Shown here piece after piece: positions 38,062 through 47,450 of a DNA stretch of 64,000 bases; the first letter of the stretch is position 1; each line of letters begins with the position of its first letter. The stretch lies in assembly GCA_043808785.1 (NCBI GenBank), contig JAZDEL010000009.1, positions 1,680 through 65,679 of the forward strand. The letters run 5' to 3'. The translations under genes and the position numbers were made by a program. This DNA comes from Candidatus Iainarchaeum sp. (GTDB lineage: Archaea > Iainarchaeota > Iainarchaeia > Iainarchaeales > JAZDEL01). Under the pieces are notes generated by a model that did not search any database, was not told where the DNA came from, and saw only the letters and a list, made by a program, of their open reading frames with translations.

Positions 38062-41000
38062 ATGAATGGCAAACACGGTTTTGGGCGTTCCACTGCAGGA
38101 AGTGCAGTTTTCGCACTTTTTTCCTTAGCACTGTTGCTGGCTTTTGCAGGGAATGTTTTTTCCGCGAATTATGTGCTGGATGTGAACCAGACAGGGGATA
38201 ATTTTGAGGTCGGGACTAAGGATTTCAATTTGTTTTTTGAGCAGTATTATGGCGGGGGGATTACAAAGGCAGTTGATTTGAACAGGGACGGCGCGGGTAA
38301 GGCCGACTTTGTCACCTCAGCCGTTGGATCGTGGTCAGTTACCTATTACTCATTGGACCCTTGGGTGGGAATAAGGGATGGCCTGGGCGGCAGGTTAACG
38401 GATGACGACAACGGCGCGCAATTGTGGAAGGCGGAGGGCCTGGACAGCAGGGTGCAGATGAAAGTAACCGGCGCGCTTATTGACTGGGACTTCTCCCCGC
38501 CGGGGCCAAAGTATGACCTAAACTTTGCAAAGACAAACACGATATATCCTGTTCCCGGTGGCATTAAGATAGCGGTGCACCTTGAGCTGACCGATACAAA
38601 TAGTGTGGCAACAACTTATGGCCGTTTTAGCAACTGTGCAGGTAATCCTTCCACATGGATTGCATACACGGATAATAATTTAAGCGACCCTGCAGGGTCT
38701 GAATGGTGGCGCGCGCGCCAGCGCACAACTTTGGGTGCCACTTCCGACGCAAATACCGTAGTCGTCATTGGTTATGCCAAACGTGCAGCGGACTCGAAGT
38801 TCTACAACAAAAAATTTGACCCTGATTCGGCGGGAAACTGGTCCGCCGGTGGCTGGTATTCTTGGACCGATAGTGCCTTAACCGAGCAATTCGATGCAGG
38901 CGAAACCGACTATATCAACTATGTGATTTACATCGCAAGCACAACTGAATTAGGGCGCGTTCAGGCAAGCCCGCAGGAAATCCCCGACGAAAACATGATA
39001 GACTACATCATGCTCGATTACCGCAACCCCGATAATTTGTTCATGAACAAAGGCACAACCCAAGGGTTCGATTTCAACACAGGCGCCTACTTAATCACAA
39101 CAGACAGCAACCGCGTTGATTTCAATATGTGCACGAACGGAGTGATGAACGACCAGAACACCTGGGACACGAACAGGTATTACCCCGCGTTCCAGATTAG
39201 CGACTACAACGCATCAACAGTGCCCGTCATGAAAGTAAACGGCGCAGCGAAAACAATGGGCGTTGATTATGTTTCCGATGTGAACACAACTGGGAAGTAT
39301 GCGGTTGTTGTTTGGTTAGGCGCGCTAACGGGAAATGACGAGAACGCGCAGTTCACAATTGCAACGGACTTAACAGCGCCGACTGTTTCGATTTCATCCC
39401 CCTCGGGCGGCTCAAGCACTGCCGCAAACTCGATGAACATCGTGTACTCAGGCTCCGACGCAAACAGCGCAATAAAGAAATATTACGTGCAGATGGATTC
39501 GCTTGGGTGGGTTGACAACGGCATGAACATAACCAGAAAGTTCTTTGGCCTTGCCCCTGGTTCGCATACCGCTTATGTAATTGCCGTCGACACCGCGGAC
39601 AACAACTCCGCCCAGGCGAGCGTAACCTTTACCCTTACTGCACCCGAGCAAATAAAAAAATACCTCGACGTGAACGCAACAGGCCAGAACTTCGAGGCAG
39701 GAACGCCGGACTTCAACATTTTCTTCCTGCAGAATATCGGGGGCAGCATAAATAAAATTACCGACCTGAACCTTGACAGCGCCACAAAAACCAACTTCGT
39801 AAACAGCACAAGCACTACTTATTTCGAATATTGGTCGATTACCCGTGTCAATGGGAGCAGCAGGACCAGCGATGCGGACACCTCCGCAAGGCTGCGGAAA
39901 AACGAGGATCTTGCAGCAAGGGCAAAAATAACCTCCGAAGGCGCAATTACCGACGGCAGTGCTGTCGGCGGATATGACCTGAACTTCACAAAAACTTATT
40001 CCATCTACCCGAACAAGAAAGTGTATGTGCACACCCTCCTGACAGACACGAACACGGGACCTACGGATTATAGTTCATTCAGGCATGTAACCCGCGCAAA
40101 ATCAGGGGGAACATTTTCGGGCATTGACAATAACGACTCCTCTCCTCTGACAGGTGACAACCACTGGCACGACGTGGGGCGCATAGACATGAACTCTGAT
40201 TTTGACGGAAACACAATTGTCGGCACAGGTTATGATGCCAACAGCGGCATTACGTTTTACACCCATAAATGGAACCCCGACTATACTTACACAACCGCCA
40301 CAGGCTCCAACCCCGGCCAGGGCGGTTATGCCTGCAACGGCCTCAGTCCCGACTTCATTTCCGGGGAAACAGATTTCATAAATTACCTCCTTGTAATTGC
40401 CAACACCAAGGAAACCGGCCACCCTGAGGACGGCAACAACCTCTTCGACGCGTATTTCCTCGATTACCGCACGCCTGACAGGCTGTTCATGATTACGGGA
40501 ACATCGCAGAACTTCGATTCGAATGTAGGTGCGTACAAATTAACCGCAAGCAGCAACACGGTGGATTTCAACATCTCCACGCGCGTCGGGGCAACCGATG
40601 TTAACCGTTACAAGCCAGCTTTCGAGATTGCAAACTACACTGCCTCCAACAAGCCATTGCTGAAACATAACGGCGTGCTCAAGAATGAGGGCACTGATTA
40701 CATCGCGGATGTGAACACTCTTGGCGATTACGCCGTTGTTGTATGGATGGGCGACATCCTCACAACGGATGTGAATGCGGAATTCACCATCTCCTCAAGC
40801 TTCAGCGGCCCTACGGCAACAATCTCCTCTCCCGCAGCGGGCTCGAGCACAGCGGCAAACTCGATGAACATAGTTTACTCCGCCTCGGACGCGAACGCGG
40901 GAATAAAGAAATATTACGTGCAGATGGACTCGCAGGGCTGGATTGACAACAACCTGAGCATCACACGCAAATTCTTCGGTTTGGCGCCTGGTTCGCACAC

Positions 41001-43314
41001 GGCTTATTTGATTGCGGTTAATGATGCGGATTTGAACTCAAGCACGGCGAGCGTGACGTTTACATTAACCGCACCAGCGGCAACAAAGCGCTATCTGGAT
41101 GTGAACGCGACAGGGCAGAATTTTGAGGTGGGGACTGCTGATTTTAACATTTTCTTCCAGCAGAGCCGCGGGGGCGGCCTAAATAGCATAATCGACCTGA
41201 ACAGGGACGGGGTGATTAAAACAAACCTTTCGCGCAATCCCCTATCTTTTATATTCGACGATTGGTTGGAGCAGGTGAATGGCAACCAGACCCGCACAAT
41301 GTATGACGACAACGGCGCGCAATTGTGGAAAGCCGAGGATTTGAACAGCAGGGTTAAAATAAATGCGAAAGGGGCATTGATGAACTGGTCAGGCTCCCCA
41401 GCAGGGCCAAAATGGGATTTGAACTTCTCAAAGACAAACACAATCTACCCCATTCCCGGCGGATTAAGGGTTGCGGTCCACCTTGAACTTACTGACACGA
41501 ATTCATCGGCAACGGCAACTACCACCTTCCACCATTCAATGTCAGGGGTTGCACAAACTTACTTTGTTTCATATACCGACAATAACGTAACCAGCACCGC
41601 AGGTTCTGAATGGTGGCACGCGCTACAGCGCATAGATTCCAATTCGGACTTTGATGCGAACACTGTGTTTGTTACGGGTTATGCCAAGCGCGCGGCAGAT
41701 TCCGGTTTTTACAACAAGAAATGGGACCCCTCTATCGGGGGCGCCTGGGACTATTTGATTAACTATAGCAGCACTTGGTATATGTACACCTCAGTCCAGT
41801 TCCAGCCGAATGAAACAGATTATGTCAATTACCTGATATATTTGGCAAGCACAAAGGAACTCGGCGCCGTGAATGGTTATCTTTCGCCAGATGAAAACTT
41901 CATCGATTACCGCATGCTCGATTACCGCAACCCCGATAATTTATTCATGAAAACAGGAACTTTCCAGGAATTCGATTTCAACACGGGCGCCTACCTTGTA
42001 ACTGCGGCAGGCAACAAGGTGGACTTCAACATCTGCACAAACGGAATAATGAACGACCAGAACCTCTGGGACACGAACAGATACTCGCCCGCCTTCGAAA
42101 TCGCGAACTACACCGCATCAACAAAACCCCTCCTCAAATACAACGAAGCAGTGAAAACAGAGGGCGTGGATTATGTTTCAGATGTGAACAATGCTGGGGA
42201 CTACGCAGTCGTAGTCTGGCTCGGCTCGCTCACAGGCAACGATGAAAACGCCCAGCTAACAATAGACGACAACTTCTTCACCCCGAACCTGGAAATAACC
42301 TCCCCGCCAAATCACTCGACCTCGGAAAACCAGTATGTCACAATCGCATACTCGATTGTGGACACAAACAACGCAATTGAGAGGTATTTCGTGAAGGCGG
42401 ACGATGGCGCCTGGGTGGATAATGCGCTGAACACCTCATACACATTCTCGGGCCTCTCAAACGGCATGCACACGCTTTACTCTGTTGCGCACGATATTTC
42501 GGATAACAACTCCAACACCGCATACGTCTGGGTCAATGTTTCTCCCCCCGGCACAGCTTCGGTGGTGTCCGGCACGCCTGCGGGGGGGCCTGAACAGCCT
42601 GCGGTGCCGGCGGATGCTGGGCAGGCACCAGCAGCGGAAGTGCCGAAAGTGAAGGAGCCCGCAAAAGAACCCTCCGCAGAAAAGAAGCCAGTGGCGAAGA
42701 AAGAAGCGGTTCAGGAGCCTCCCGCAGGAACATTGCTGCAGGCATCCATGTACGCCTTCCAGCCAAGTGCGGGGGAGATAAGCAAAACACTTTCCGCGCT
42801 GGGCAGGGGCGAGGATGAAATAAAGAACGCGGAAAAAGCCAACGCAGCGCTCGGCATAACGCGCATTGTAAGTGTTGTGAGCAACGGCAAAGGCGCGGAG
42901 GAATTTTCAACTGAGTTCACGGTAAGCGCAAAGAATAATTCATGGAGTACTGTGAGAAATGTGAAAGTAATTGAAAATGTGCCAAAGGCGGCAGCGGCAA
43001 CGGCTGAAAAGATACGCAGCAGCACAGGCTTCACCGTGCTTGAAAACGACCCGATAATTGAATTTGCTTTGGGTGATATCGCACCCGGGGAGGAAAAAGT
43101 GGCGGAATACTCCGTCGCAGGGCAGCTTGACAAGGAAGTCTTCTCCTCAATGGGCGCGCCGATTGCAACAGGCGCTGTTGAGGAAAACCTGCTGGATAAT
43201 ATCCTGCCCGCAATGGAGGCATACCCTGCGATGTTCGGCGCCTCAATAATCGTAATTATTGCGCTGATGGCTGTTTTATTTTATATCCTGAGGAAGCGCA
43301 GGGCCAAGGGTTAG
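38062..43314 (+). CDS. Giant secreted/surface protein (1750 aa) with three tandem ~480-aa repeats, a Pro/Ala/Lys linker and a C-terminal TM anchor
   Basis: Signal anchor (FALFSLALLLAFAG). Each repeat starts (Y)LDVNxTGxNFExGTxDFNxFF and ends with an Ig-like module SSPxxGSSTAANSMNIVYSxSDANxxIKKYYVQMDSxGW.DN.....RKFFGLAPGSHTAY. The C-terminus ...ASIIVIIALMAVLFYILRKRRAKG is TM plus a basic tail. Confidence 0.8.
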   Translation: MNGKHGFGRSTAGSAVFALFSLALLLAFAGNVFSANYVLDVNQTGDNFEVGTKDFNLFFEQYYGGGITKAVDLNRDGAGKADFVTSAVGSWSVTYYSLDPWVGIRDGLGGRLTDDDNGAQLWKAEGLDSRVQMKVTGALIDWDFSPPGPKYDLNFAKTNTIYPVPGGIKIAVHLELTDTNSVATTYGRFSNCAGNPSTWIAYTDNNLSDPAGSEWWRARQRTTLGATSDANTVVVIGYAKRAADSKFYNKKFDPDSAGNWSAGGWYSWTDSALTEQFDAGETDYINYVIYIASTTELGRVQASPQEIPDENMIDYIMLDYRNPDNLFMNKGTTQGFDFNTGAYLITTDSNRVDFNMCTNGVMNDQNTWDTNRYYPAFQISDYNASTVPVMKVNGAAKTMGVDYVSDVNTTGKYAVVVWLGALTGNDENAQFTIATDLTAPTVSISSPSGGSSTAANSMNIVYSGSDANSAIKKYYVQMDSLGWVDNGMNITRKFFGLAPGSHTAYVIAVDTADNNSAQASVTFTLTAPEQIKKYLDVNATGQNFEAGTPDFNIFFLQNIGGSINKITDLNLDSATKTNFVNSTSTTYFEYWSITRVNGSSRTSDADTSARLRKNEDLAARAKITSEGAITDGSAVGGYDLNFTKTYSIYPNKKVYVHTLLTDTNTGPTDYSSFRHVTRAKSGGTFSGIDNNDSSPLTGDNHWHDVGRIDMNSDFDGNTIVGTGYDANSGITFYTHKWNPDYTYTTATGSNPGQGGYACNGLSPDFISGETDFINYLLVIANTKETGHPEDGNNLFDAYFLDYRTPDRLFMITGTSQNFDSNVGAYKLTASSNTVDFNISTRVGATDVNRYKPAFEIANYTASNKPLLKHNGVLKNEGTDYIADVNTLGDYAVVVWMGDILTTDVNAEFTISSSFSGPTATISSPAAGSSTAANSMNIVYSASDANAGIKKYYVQMDSQGWIDNNLSITRKFFGLAPGSHTAYLIAVNDADLNSSTASVTFTLTAPAATKRYLDVNATGQNFEVGTADFNIFFQQSRGGGLNSIIDLNRDGVIKTNLSRNPLSFIFDDWLEQVNGNQTRTMYDDNGAQLWKAEDLNSRVKINAKGALMNWSGSPAGPKWDLNFSKTNTIYPIPGGLRVAVHLELTDTNSSATATTTFHHSMSGVAQTYFVSYTDNNVTSTAGSEWWHALQRIDSNSDFDANTVFVTGYAKRAADSGFYNKKWDPSIGGAWDYLINYSSTWYMYTSVQFQPNETDYVNYLIYLASTKELGAVNGYLSPDENFIDYRMLDYRNPDNLFMKTGTFQEFDFNTGAYLVTAAGNKVDFNICTNGIMNDQNLWDTNRYSPAFEIANYTASTKPLLKYNEAVKTEGVDYVSDVNNAGDYAVVVWLGSLTGNDENAQLTIDDNFFTPNLEITSPPNHSTSENQYVTIAYSIVDTNNAIERYFVKADDGAWVDNALNTSYTFSGLSNGMHTLYSVAHDISDNNSNTAYVWVNVSPPGTASVVSGTPAGGPEQPAVPADAGQAPAAEVPKVKEPAKEPSAEKKPVAKKEAVQEPPAGTLLQASMYAFQPSAGEISKTLSALGRGEDEIKNAEKANAALGITRIVSVVSNGKGAEEFSTEFTVSAKNNSWSTVRNVKVIENVPKAAAATAEKIRSSTGFTVLENDPIIEFALGDIAPGEEKVAEYSVAGQLDKEVFSSMGAPIATGAVEENLLDNILPAMEAYPAMFGASIIVIIALMAVLFYILRKRRAKG
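38164..42545 (+). repeat. Three tandem ~1.45-kb intragenic repeats (about 38164-39649, 39650-41080, 41081-42545)
   Basis: Collinear protein repeats. The C-terminal ~90 codons of units 1 and 2 are near-identical at the nucleotide level (around 39390-39650 vs 40800-41080). Confidence 0.75.
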
Positions 43315-43442
43315 GGTGCCTGCACAACCCTGCGGATGCTCGCCATCGCAATCATTAAATATTGCTTCGCTGTTATCCTTTGCGCAAAAGGTGCAAAGTT
43401 CATGGCCGGCGTAAGAAGTTTGCTGCAAAGCGGGGCGAGTGC

Positions 43443-44390
43443 ATGGCAAACATAAGGGAACTTCTTGCGGGCGTGATAGTGCTACTCGCGATAATCGCGA
43501 TACTCCTGTTTTTCACAAGGGCATCCCAGCCGACGGAAACTGCGGCAGTGGCAAACTCCCTCGCTTTCGAGAATTCGCGCCTGAAGTTTGAAAACGACCA
43601 GCTGCAGAGCAGAATCGGCGGCATGGCGGACAAGGTGAAAAACGTGGAGATGGATTATGCCGAACTGCAGCAAAAGCGCGATGAGGATGCTAAAAGGTGC
43701 GCGGCTTCGGTCCAGCCGCCCTATGTGCTGTGGAAGGGCAGGAAGGCCACAGCGGTTTTCAGGGACATAAACAGCGAGCTGCAGCAGTGGGTGTGGGATG
43801 CGAACGTGCTGGAGAACGCGATGCAGGCAGGCTGGTATAAGAGGGAGGTCCTGCCCGAAATGATAATCCCATTCTTAAGCAATCAGGATTCTACATATGC
43901 CAAAAAACTGAAAAGCGAGGCACTGGGCTTCATAGGGATTAAGATGAAGGACGGCAGGATTGAGAGGGTTGCGGATGTAAGGCCTTTTGTCACGCCCGAG
44001 GCGTTTAAGGATATGGTGGGGACAATTGCGGGAGGCGAAAAGAGCGACGAGCAGGTGATAATGGAAATCTGGAACCTGAACAGGCAGCTCTCGACATATT
44101 CAGCGGAACTTACGGAAACGCCGCGCTATCCCGCGGAAACCCTCTCCCTCGGGGGAGGGGACTGCGAGGACACTGTGATACTTGTTGCAAGCCTGCTCAG
44201 GGCGGTGCCGCGGGAGTGGAAAGTGCAGGTTGTTTACATGGACTTCGATAATCCAGCGGAGCCGAAGGAGGTAAACCACATGGCGGTTTATGTTAACACG
44301 GGCACTTACTCGACTATAATTGAAACCACGAATAAGGAAAAACTCAACCCTTTCGGCGCGGACGTGAACGGATGGTATTTTGACGTTTAG
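43443..44390 (+). CDS. Membrane-anchored transglutaminase-like cysteine protease-fold protein
   Basis: N-terminal TM (LLAGVIVLLAIIAILLFF). Extracytoplasmic domain with a transglutaminase-like core GGGDCEDTVILVASLLRA and a downstream His (EVNHMAVY). Confidence 0.55.
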   Translation: MANIRELLAGVIVLLAIIAILLFFTRASQPTETAAVANSLAFENSRLKFENDQLQSRIGGMADKVKNVEMDYAELQQKRDEDAKRCAASVQPPYVLWKGRKATAVFRDINSELQQWVWDANVLENAMQAGWYKREVLPEMIIPFLSNQDSTYAKKLKSEALGFIGIKMKDGRIERVADVRPFVTPEAFKDMVGTIAGGEKSDEQVIMEIWNLNRQLSTYSAELTETPRYPAETLSLGGGDCEDTVILVASLLRAVPREWKVQVVYMDFDNPAEPKEVNHMAVYVNTGTYSTIIETTNKEKLNPFGADVNGWYFDV

Positions 44391-44449
44391 CCAATCATTC
44401 AATATTATATCCGCCTAAACGAAAACTATTGGGTGGCGATAACGCCGGC

Positions 44450-44506
44450 AAGGAAAAAACCGGCCCGTTCGGCGGGGATGTTAACGGATGGCATTTTGGC
44501 GTTTAG
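44450..44506 (+). repeat. Diverged (~85%) duplicate of the last 57 nt (including the stop) of the transglutaminase-like gene, 60 nt downstream of the original (44334-44390)
   Basis: AAGGAAAAACTCAACCCTTTCGGCGCGGACGTGAACGGATGGTATTTTGACGTTTAG vs AAGGAAAAAACCGGCCCGTTCGGCGGGGATGTTAACGGATGGCATTTTGGCGTTTAG. Confidence 0.7.
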
Positions 44507-44577
44507 TGTGGCGCACCGGAAATGCACCCCCGAAAGGTTTAAATATCCGAATTATAATATATTATAATGGTGATGGC

Positions 44578-44784
44578 GTGCAGCTTTTTGAGAGCAAGGT
44601 AAGGAAGGTCGGCACATCCTTGGGCGTGCTTATTCCCGCAGAGAGCGCAGTTAACGGCAGGCTGAAGGAGGGCTCCAGCGTGAAGGTTGCGATAATAAGG
44701 AAAGACCTAAGGCTGATTGACAGGATGTTCGGCTCGTTTAAGGGTGGCGCATTCCACAGGGAGCACGCTGACAGGGCGTTCTGA
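44578..44784 (+). CDS. vapB: VapB antitoxin, AbrB/MazE (swapped-hairpin) type
   Basis: GTG start gives (M)QLFESKVRKVGTSLGVLIPAES.... Its stop overlaps the vapC ATG (TGATG). Confidence 0.6.
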   Translation: MQLFESKVRKVGTSLGVLIPAESAVNGRLKEGSSVKVAIIRKDLRLIDRMFGSFKGGAFHREHADRAF

Positions 44785-45155
44785 TGCTCCTTGACACTTA
44801 CGCATGGGTGGAATACTTTAACGGCACAGCCAAGGGCGAGACTGTGAGGGCCCTGCTTAGGGAAAAACAGTGCTTCACCTCGGCGATTTCCCTTGCGGAG
44901 TTGAGCGAGTGGTGCGCCAGAAAGGGGCGCGAAAGCGGTGAAATTCTCGGCGCGGTCAAGAAAACCTCCATCATTATCGGCCTTGACAACGATTTGCTCG
45001 AGGCTGCCGGAAGGATAAGCCACGGCATGAAGTGCACGGTAAAGGGTTTTGGGATGCTTGATGCCATTATCCTCGCAACCTCAAGGGCGTATTCCCTACC
45101 CGTTGTTACGGGCGACAGGCATTTTGCAGGGGAAGAAGGCGCGGTTATGCTGTGA
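44784..45155 (+). CDS. vapC: VapC PIN-domain toxin
   Basis: MLLDTYAWVEYF... ...MLDAIILATSRAYSLPVVTGDRHF, the canonical PIN acidic residues. Confidence 0.75.
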   Translation: MLLDTYAWVEYFNGTAKGETVRALLREKQCFTSAISLAELSEWCARKGRESGEILGAVKKTSIIIGLDNDLLEAAGRISHGMKCTVKGFGMLDAIILATSRAYSLPVVTGDRHFAGEEGAVML

Positions 45156-45177
45156 CTGCACGCGGCACCGGAACCAT

Positions 45178-45573
45178 TTATTCCGGCAGTTCGCCCAGCA
45201 GTTTCATCGCCTTTTTTGCCTTTCCCGCGGGCACGAATAAATGGTCGTGGTAATATGCGGAAACCGCGTTGACGCTTATTCCGTTTTTCGCAAGTTTTTT
45301 CGTTATCGCCGCAAGGAAGCCCACCGCTGCAAGGTCGGAGTGCACCGTGAGGGTAATCATCGCCCATGCCCCGCAGTAAGGCAGCCCCGCAATGTCCGCG
45401 GCCTCTTTTTCAATTATAACCGTAACCCCTTCCTTTTCCCTGAATGCCATGACCGCGGGAATTTTTAATTCCCCGAACCGCGATTCGGGAACTGTGCAGA
45501 AAACATACTCCCCCTTAACCGGTTCGGGCTTCATCGAACGCAGCAGTTCGCCGAGATTTTTGGTTCCTGGCAT
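45178..45573 (-). CDS. ACT-domain (ACT_7-like) small-molecule-binding protein
   Basis: 131 aa with an ACT-like betaalphabetabetaalphabeta pattern ...ITLTVHSDLAAVGFLAAITKKLAKNGISVNAVSAYYHDHLFVP. Confidence 0.5.
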   Translation of the reverse strand: MPGTKNLGELLRSMKPEPVKGEYVFCTVPESRFGELKIPAVMAFREKEGVTVIIEKEAADIAGLPYCGAWAMITLTVHSDLAAVGFLAAITKKLAKNGISVNAVSAYYHDHLFVPAGKAKKAMKLLGELPE

Positions 45574-45588
45574 TTTAATTCCCCAGTA

Positions 45589-46143
45589 TCACAATATCGG
45601 CTCCAGCTTCTCAAGCAGCAGACCGAATTTATCGTAACCCGCCTTCGAATTGAAGTGCCCGGCATCCTTCAGGCGGATTAGTTCAACCCCAAGCTCCTTT
45701 GCGATTTTTTCCCCGTTGGCTATGCAGATAAGCGGGTCGTCCTCGGAATGGAAAACGAAAAAATGCCCCGAACTGTTCCTGATTTTTTCCCAATCGAAAG
45801 GCGCCTCGACGAACGGCCTGTCCGCCTCGTAATATTTTATCGGCTTAACCCCCGCGGAAGCCGCGACAAACACCGCGACTTTTACTTTTGTTTTTGTTTT
45901 CTCCAGCACCCTCAGGAGGAACGCTCCGCCGCAGCTGTGCCCTATCAGGATCGTGTCCCTGTTAAGGAACTTTTCATAATTTTTGAAAACCCCAAACCAT
46001 GCGCGCGGGTTCTGGTTTTTCGGCGTAGGGAACTGCGGTATGATTACATCATATCCGTGTTTTTCCAGCTGCTCTTTCAGCCACGGGAACCAGTTTTCCT
46101 TCGGGTGCCCTTCAGTGCCGTGGATAATTATCGCATTCTTCAT
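45589..46143 (-). CDS. Alpha/beta serine hydrolase (YdeN/RBBP9-like)
   Basis: IIIHGTEGHP, nucleophile elbow GHSCGG, and HSEDDP near the C-terminus. Confidence 0.65.
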   Translation of the reverse strand: MKNAIIIHGTEGHPKENWFPWLKEQLEKHGYDVIIPQFPTPKNQNPRAWFGVFKNYEKFLNRDTILIGHSCGGAFLLRVLEKTKTKVKVAVFVAASAGVKPIKYYEADRPFVEAPFDWEKIRNSSGHFFVFHSEDDPLICIANGEKIAKELGVELIRLKDAGHFNSKAGYDKFGLLLEKLEPIL

Positions 46144-46293
46144 AACCCTGCCCCTTTGCGGCGCATTTTTGCCGGGGTTCATTAACGCCGTTATGCGCAA
46201 ACCGCTTAATTATTGTTTCGCTGAAACCGCACAGCCCGCAAAACCGCCCCAAATATATTAATTTCCGAACCCATATGCCCTTGGGGTTTTGGC

Positions 46294-47382
46294 ATGGGTT
46301 CGATAGGCCTGAGGGAGATAAGGGATTATGTGGAGCAGATGACTCCCATTTTAATCCGCCCCACGGCAACATCCATAACAATCAGCCTTTCGAAAAGGTT
46401 CTTTATTTTCCAGATAGCCAGGCAGCTCATCAGGGTTATCGAGGACGAGCCATACCTCAATTTCATAAGCTTCCTGAAGAATTACAAGGTCCTCAGGAGT
46501 TTCCTCACGGGAAGCATTTCCGACATATACAGGGACAGGAACAAATCATATTTCAGGAACTTTTTCACGGACAAAAGCCTTTATGAACTCGTGAAATCCG
46601 ACCTGGAATGGATTTATGAAAGGAACCGGGACATCAGGCTCACGGTAATGAAAAACGGGCTTGTAATTTACGACAATTACAAAAAAAATAAATTCAACAT
46701 ACTCCTGTTAACCGTGCATTCGGGGGCATGGATGCCGAAAGGCATAGGGGCGAAACAGATTCTGACAAAGGCTGAAAGGGCGCTTGAGGAGGACACCGAG
46801 GTGCAAAAAGTTTACGGGGACCTGTTCCTCGCGAAAGGCGGCATATGGATCGACTGCAAATTTTCAAGGTTCGCCTGCGACCTGAACAGGGCGCCGGGGA
46901 ACGCGATTTATTCCAAGAATTCGGAAAAATGGGCCGGCGACATATGGAAACAGGAACTTTCCGCGGCGCAGAGAAAGGGGCTGATGCAGGTCTATGACGA
47001 GTTCTATTTCATTCTCGGAAAAATCGTGGACGCATATAAATTCAATATAATTTTTGACGCCCACTCCATGAAGGATGCGCCCGACAGGGCGGAAATAAGC
47101 TTCGGCACGAAATACATACCGAAGTTCTATCTCCCCGTGATAAAAAGCATGCGGAAGAAAATGCAAAAGCTCGGCTACCGGAATGTGCAGCTTAACGCCC
47201 CGTACTACGGCGGGCACATACTTGAATGGCTCAGCGGAAAGTTCCCCGACCTTTTTATTTTTTCGATGGAGGTAAACAAAAAATTATACCTGGATGGCGG
47301 CAGGAAAAAGGTCGATGAAAAAAGAATGGCCGAACTTTCGGGCAATATAACGAATATTTTCGATATCGAAGAGGAAACATAG
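46294..47382 (+). CDS. N-formylglutamate amidohydrolase (FGase)-fold protein
   Basis: LLTVHSG...CDLNRAPGN...IIFDAHSM pattern of the FGase/zinc-amidase family. Markedly lower GC than the flanks. Confidence 0.55.
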   Translation: MGSIGLREIRDYVEQMTPILIRPTATSITISLSKRFFIFQIARQLIRVIEDEPYLNFISFLKNYKVLRSFLTGSISDIYRDRNKSYFRNFFTDKSLYELVKSDLEWIYERNRDIRLTVMKNGLVIYDNYKKNKFNILLLTVHSGAWMPKGIGAKQILTKAERALEEDTEVQKVYGDLFLAKGGIWIDCKFSRFACDLNRAPGNAIYSKNSEKWAGDIWKQELSAAQRKGLMQVYDEFYFILGKIVDAYKFNIIFDAHSMKDAPDRAEISFGTKYIPKFYLPVIKSMRKKMQKLGYRNVQLNAPYYGGHILEWLSGKFPDLFIFSMEVNKKLYLDGGRKKVDEKRMAELSGNITNIFDIEEET

Positions 47383-47439
47383 CTTTTTATATGGCGGGCA
47401 ACTTTTTATATGACGAATAATTTTTTATATGGCAGGGGC
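47383..47439 (+). repeat. Three tandem 19-nt TATA-containing repeats immediately upstream of the GCS2-like gene
   Basis: CTTTTTATATGGCGGGCAA / CTTTTTATATGACGAATAA / TTTTTTATATGGCAGGGGC. Confidence 0.7.
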
Positions 47440-47450
47440 TGTACTTTTTG

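Noticed and set aside
38062-43314. Tandem 1.45-kb DNA repeats as a CRISPR-like or satellite array
   Set aside because: The repeats are in-frame protein-domain repeats inside one continuous 1750-aa ORF. There are no short spacer/repeat units anywhere in the window.
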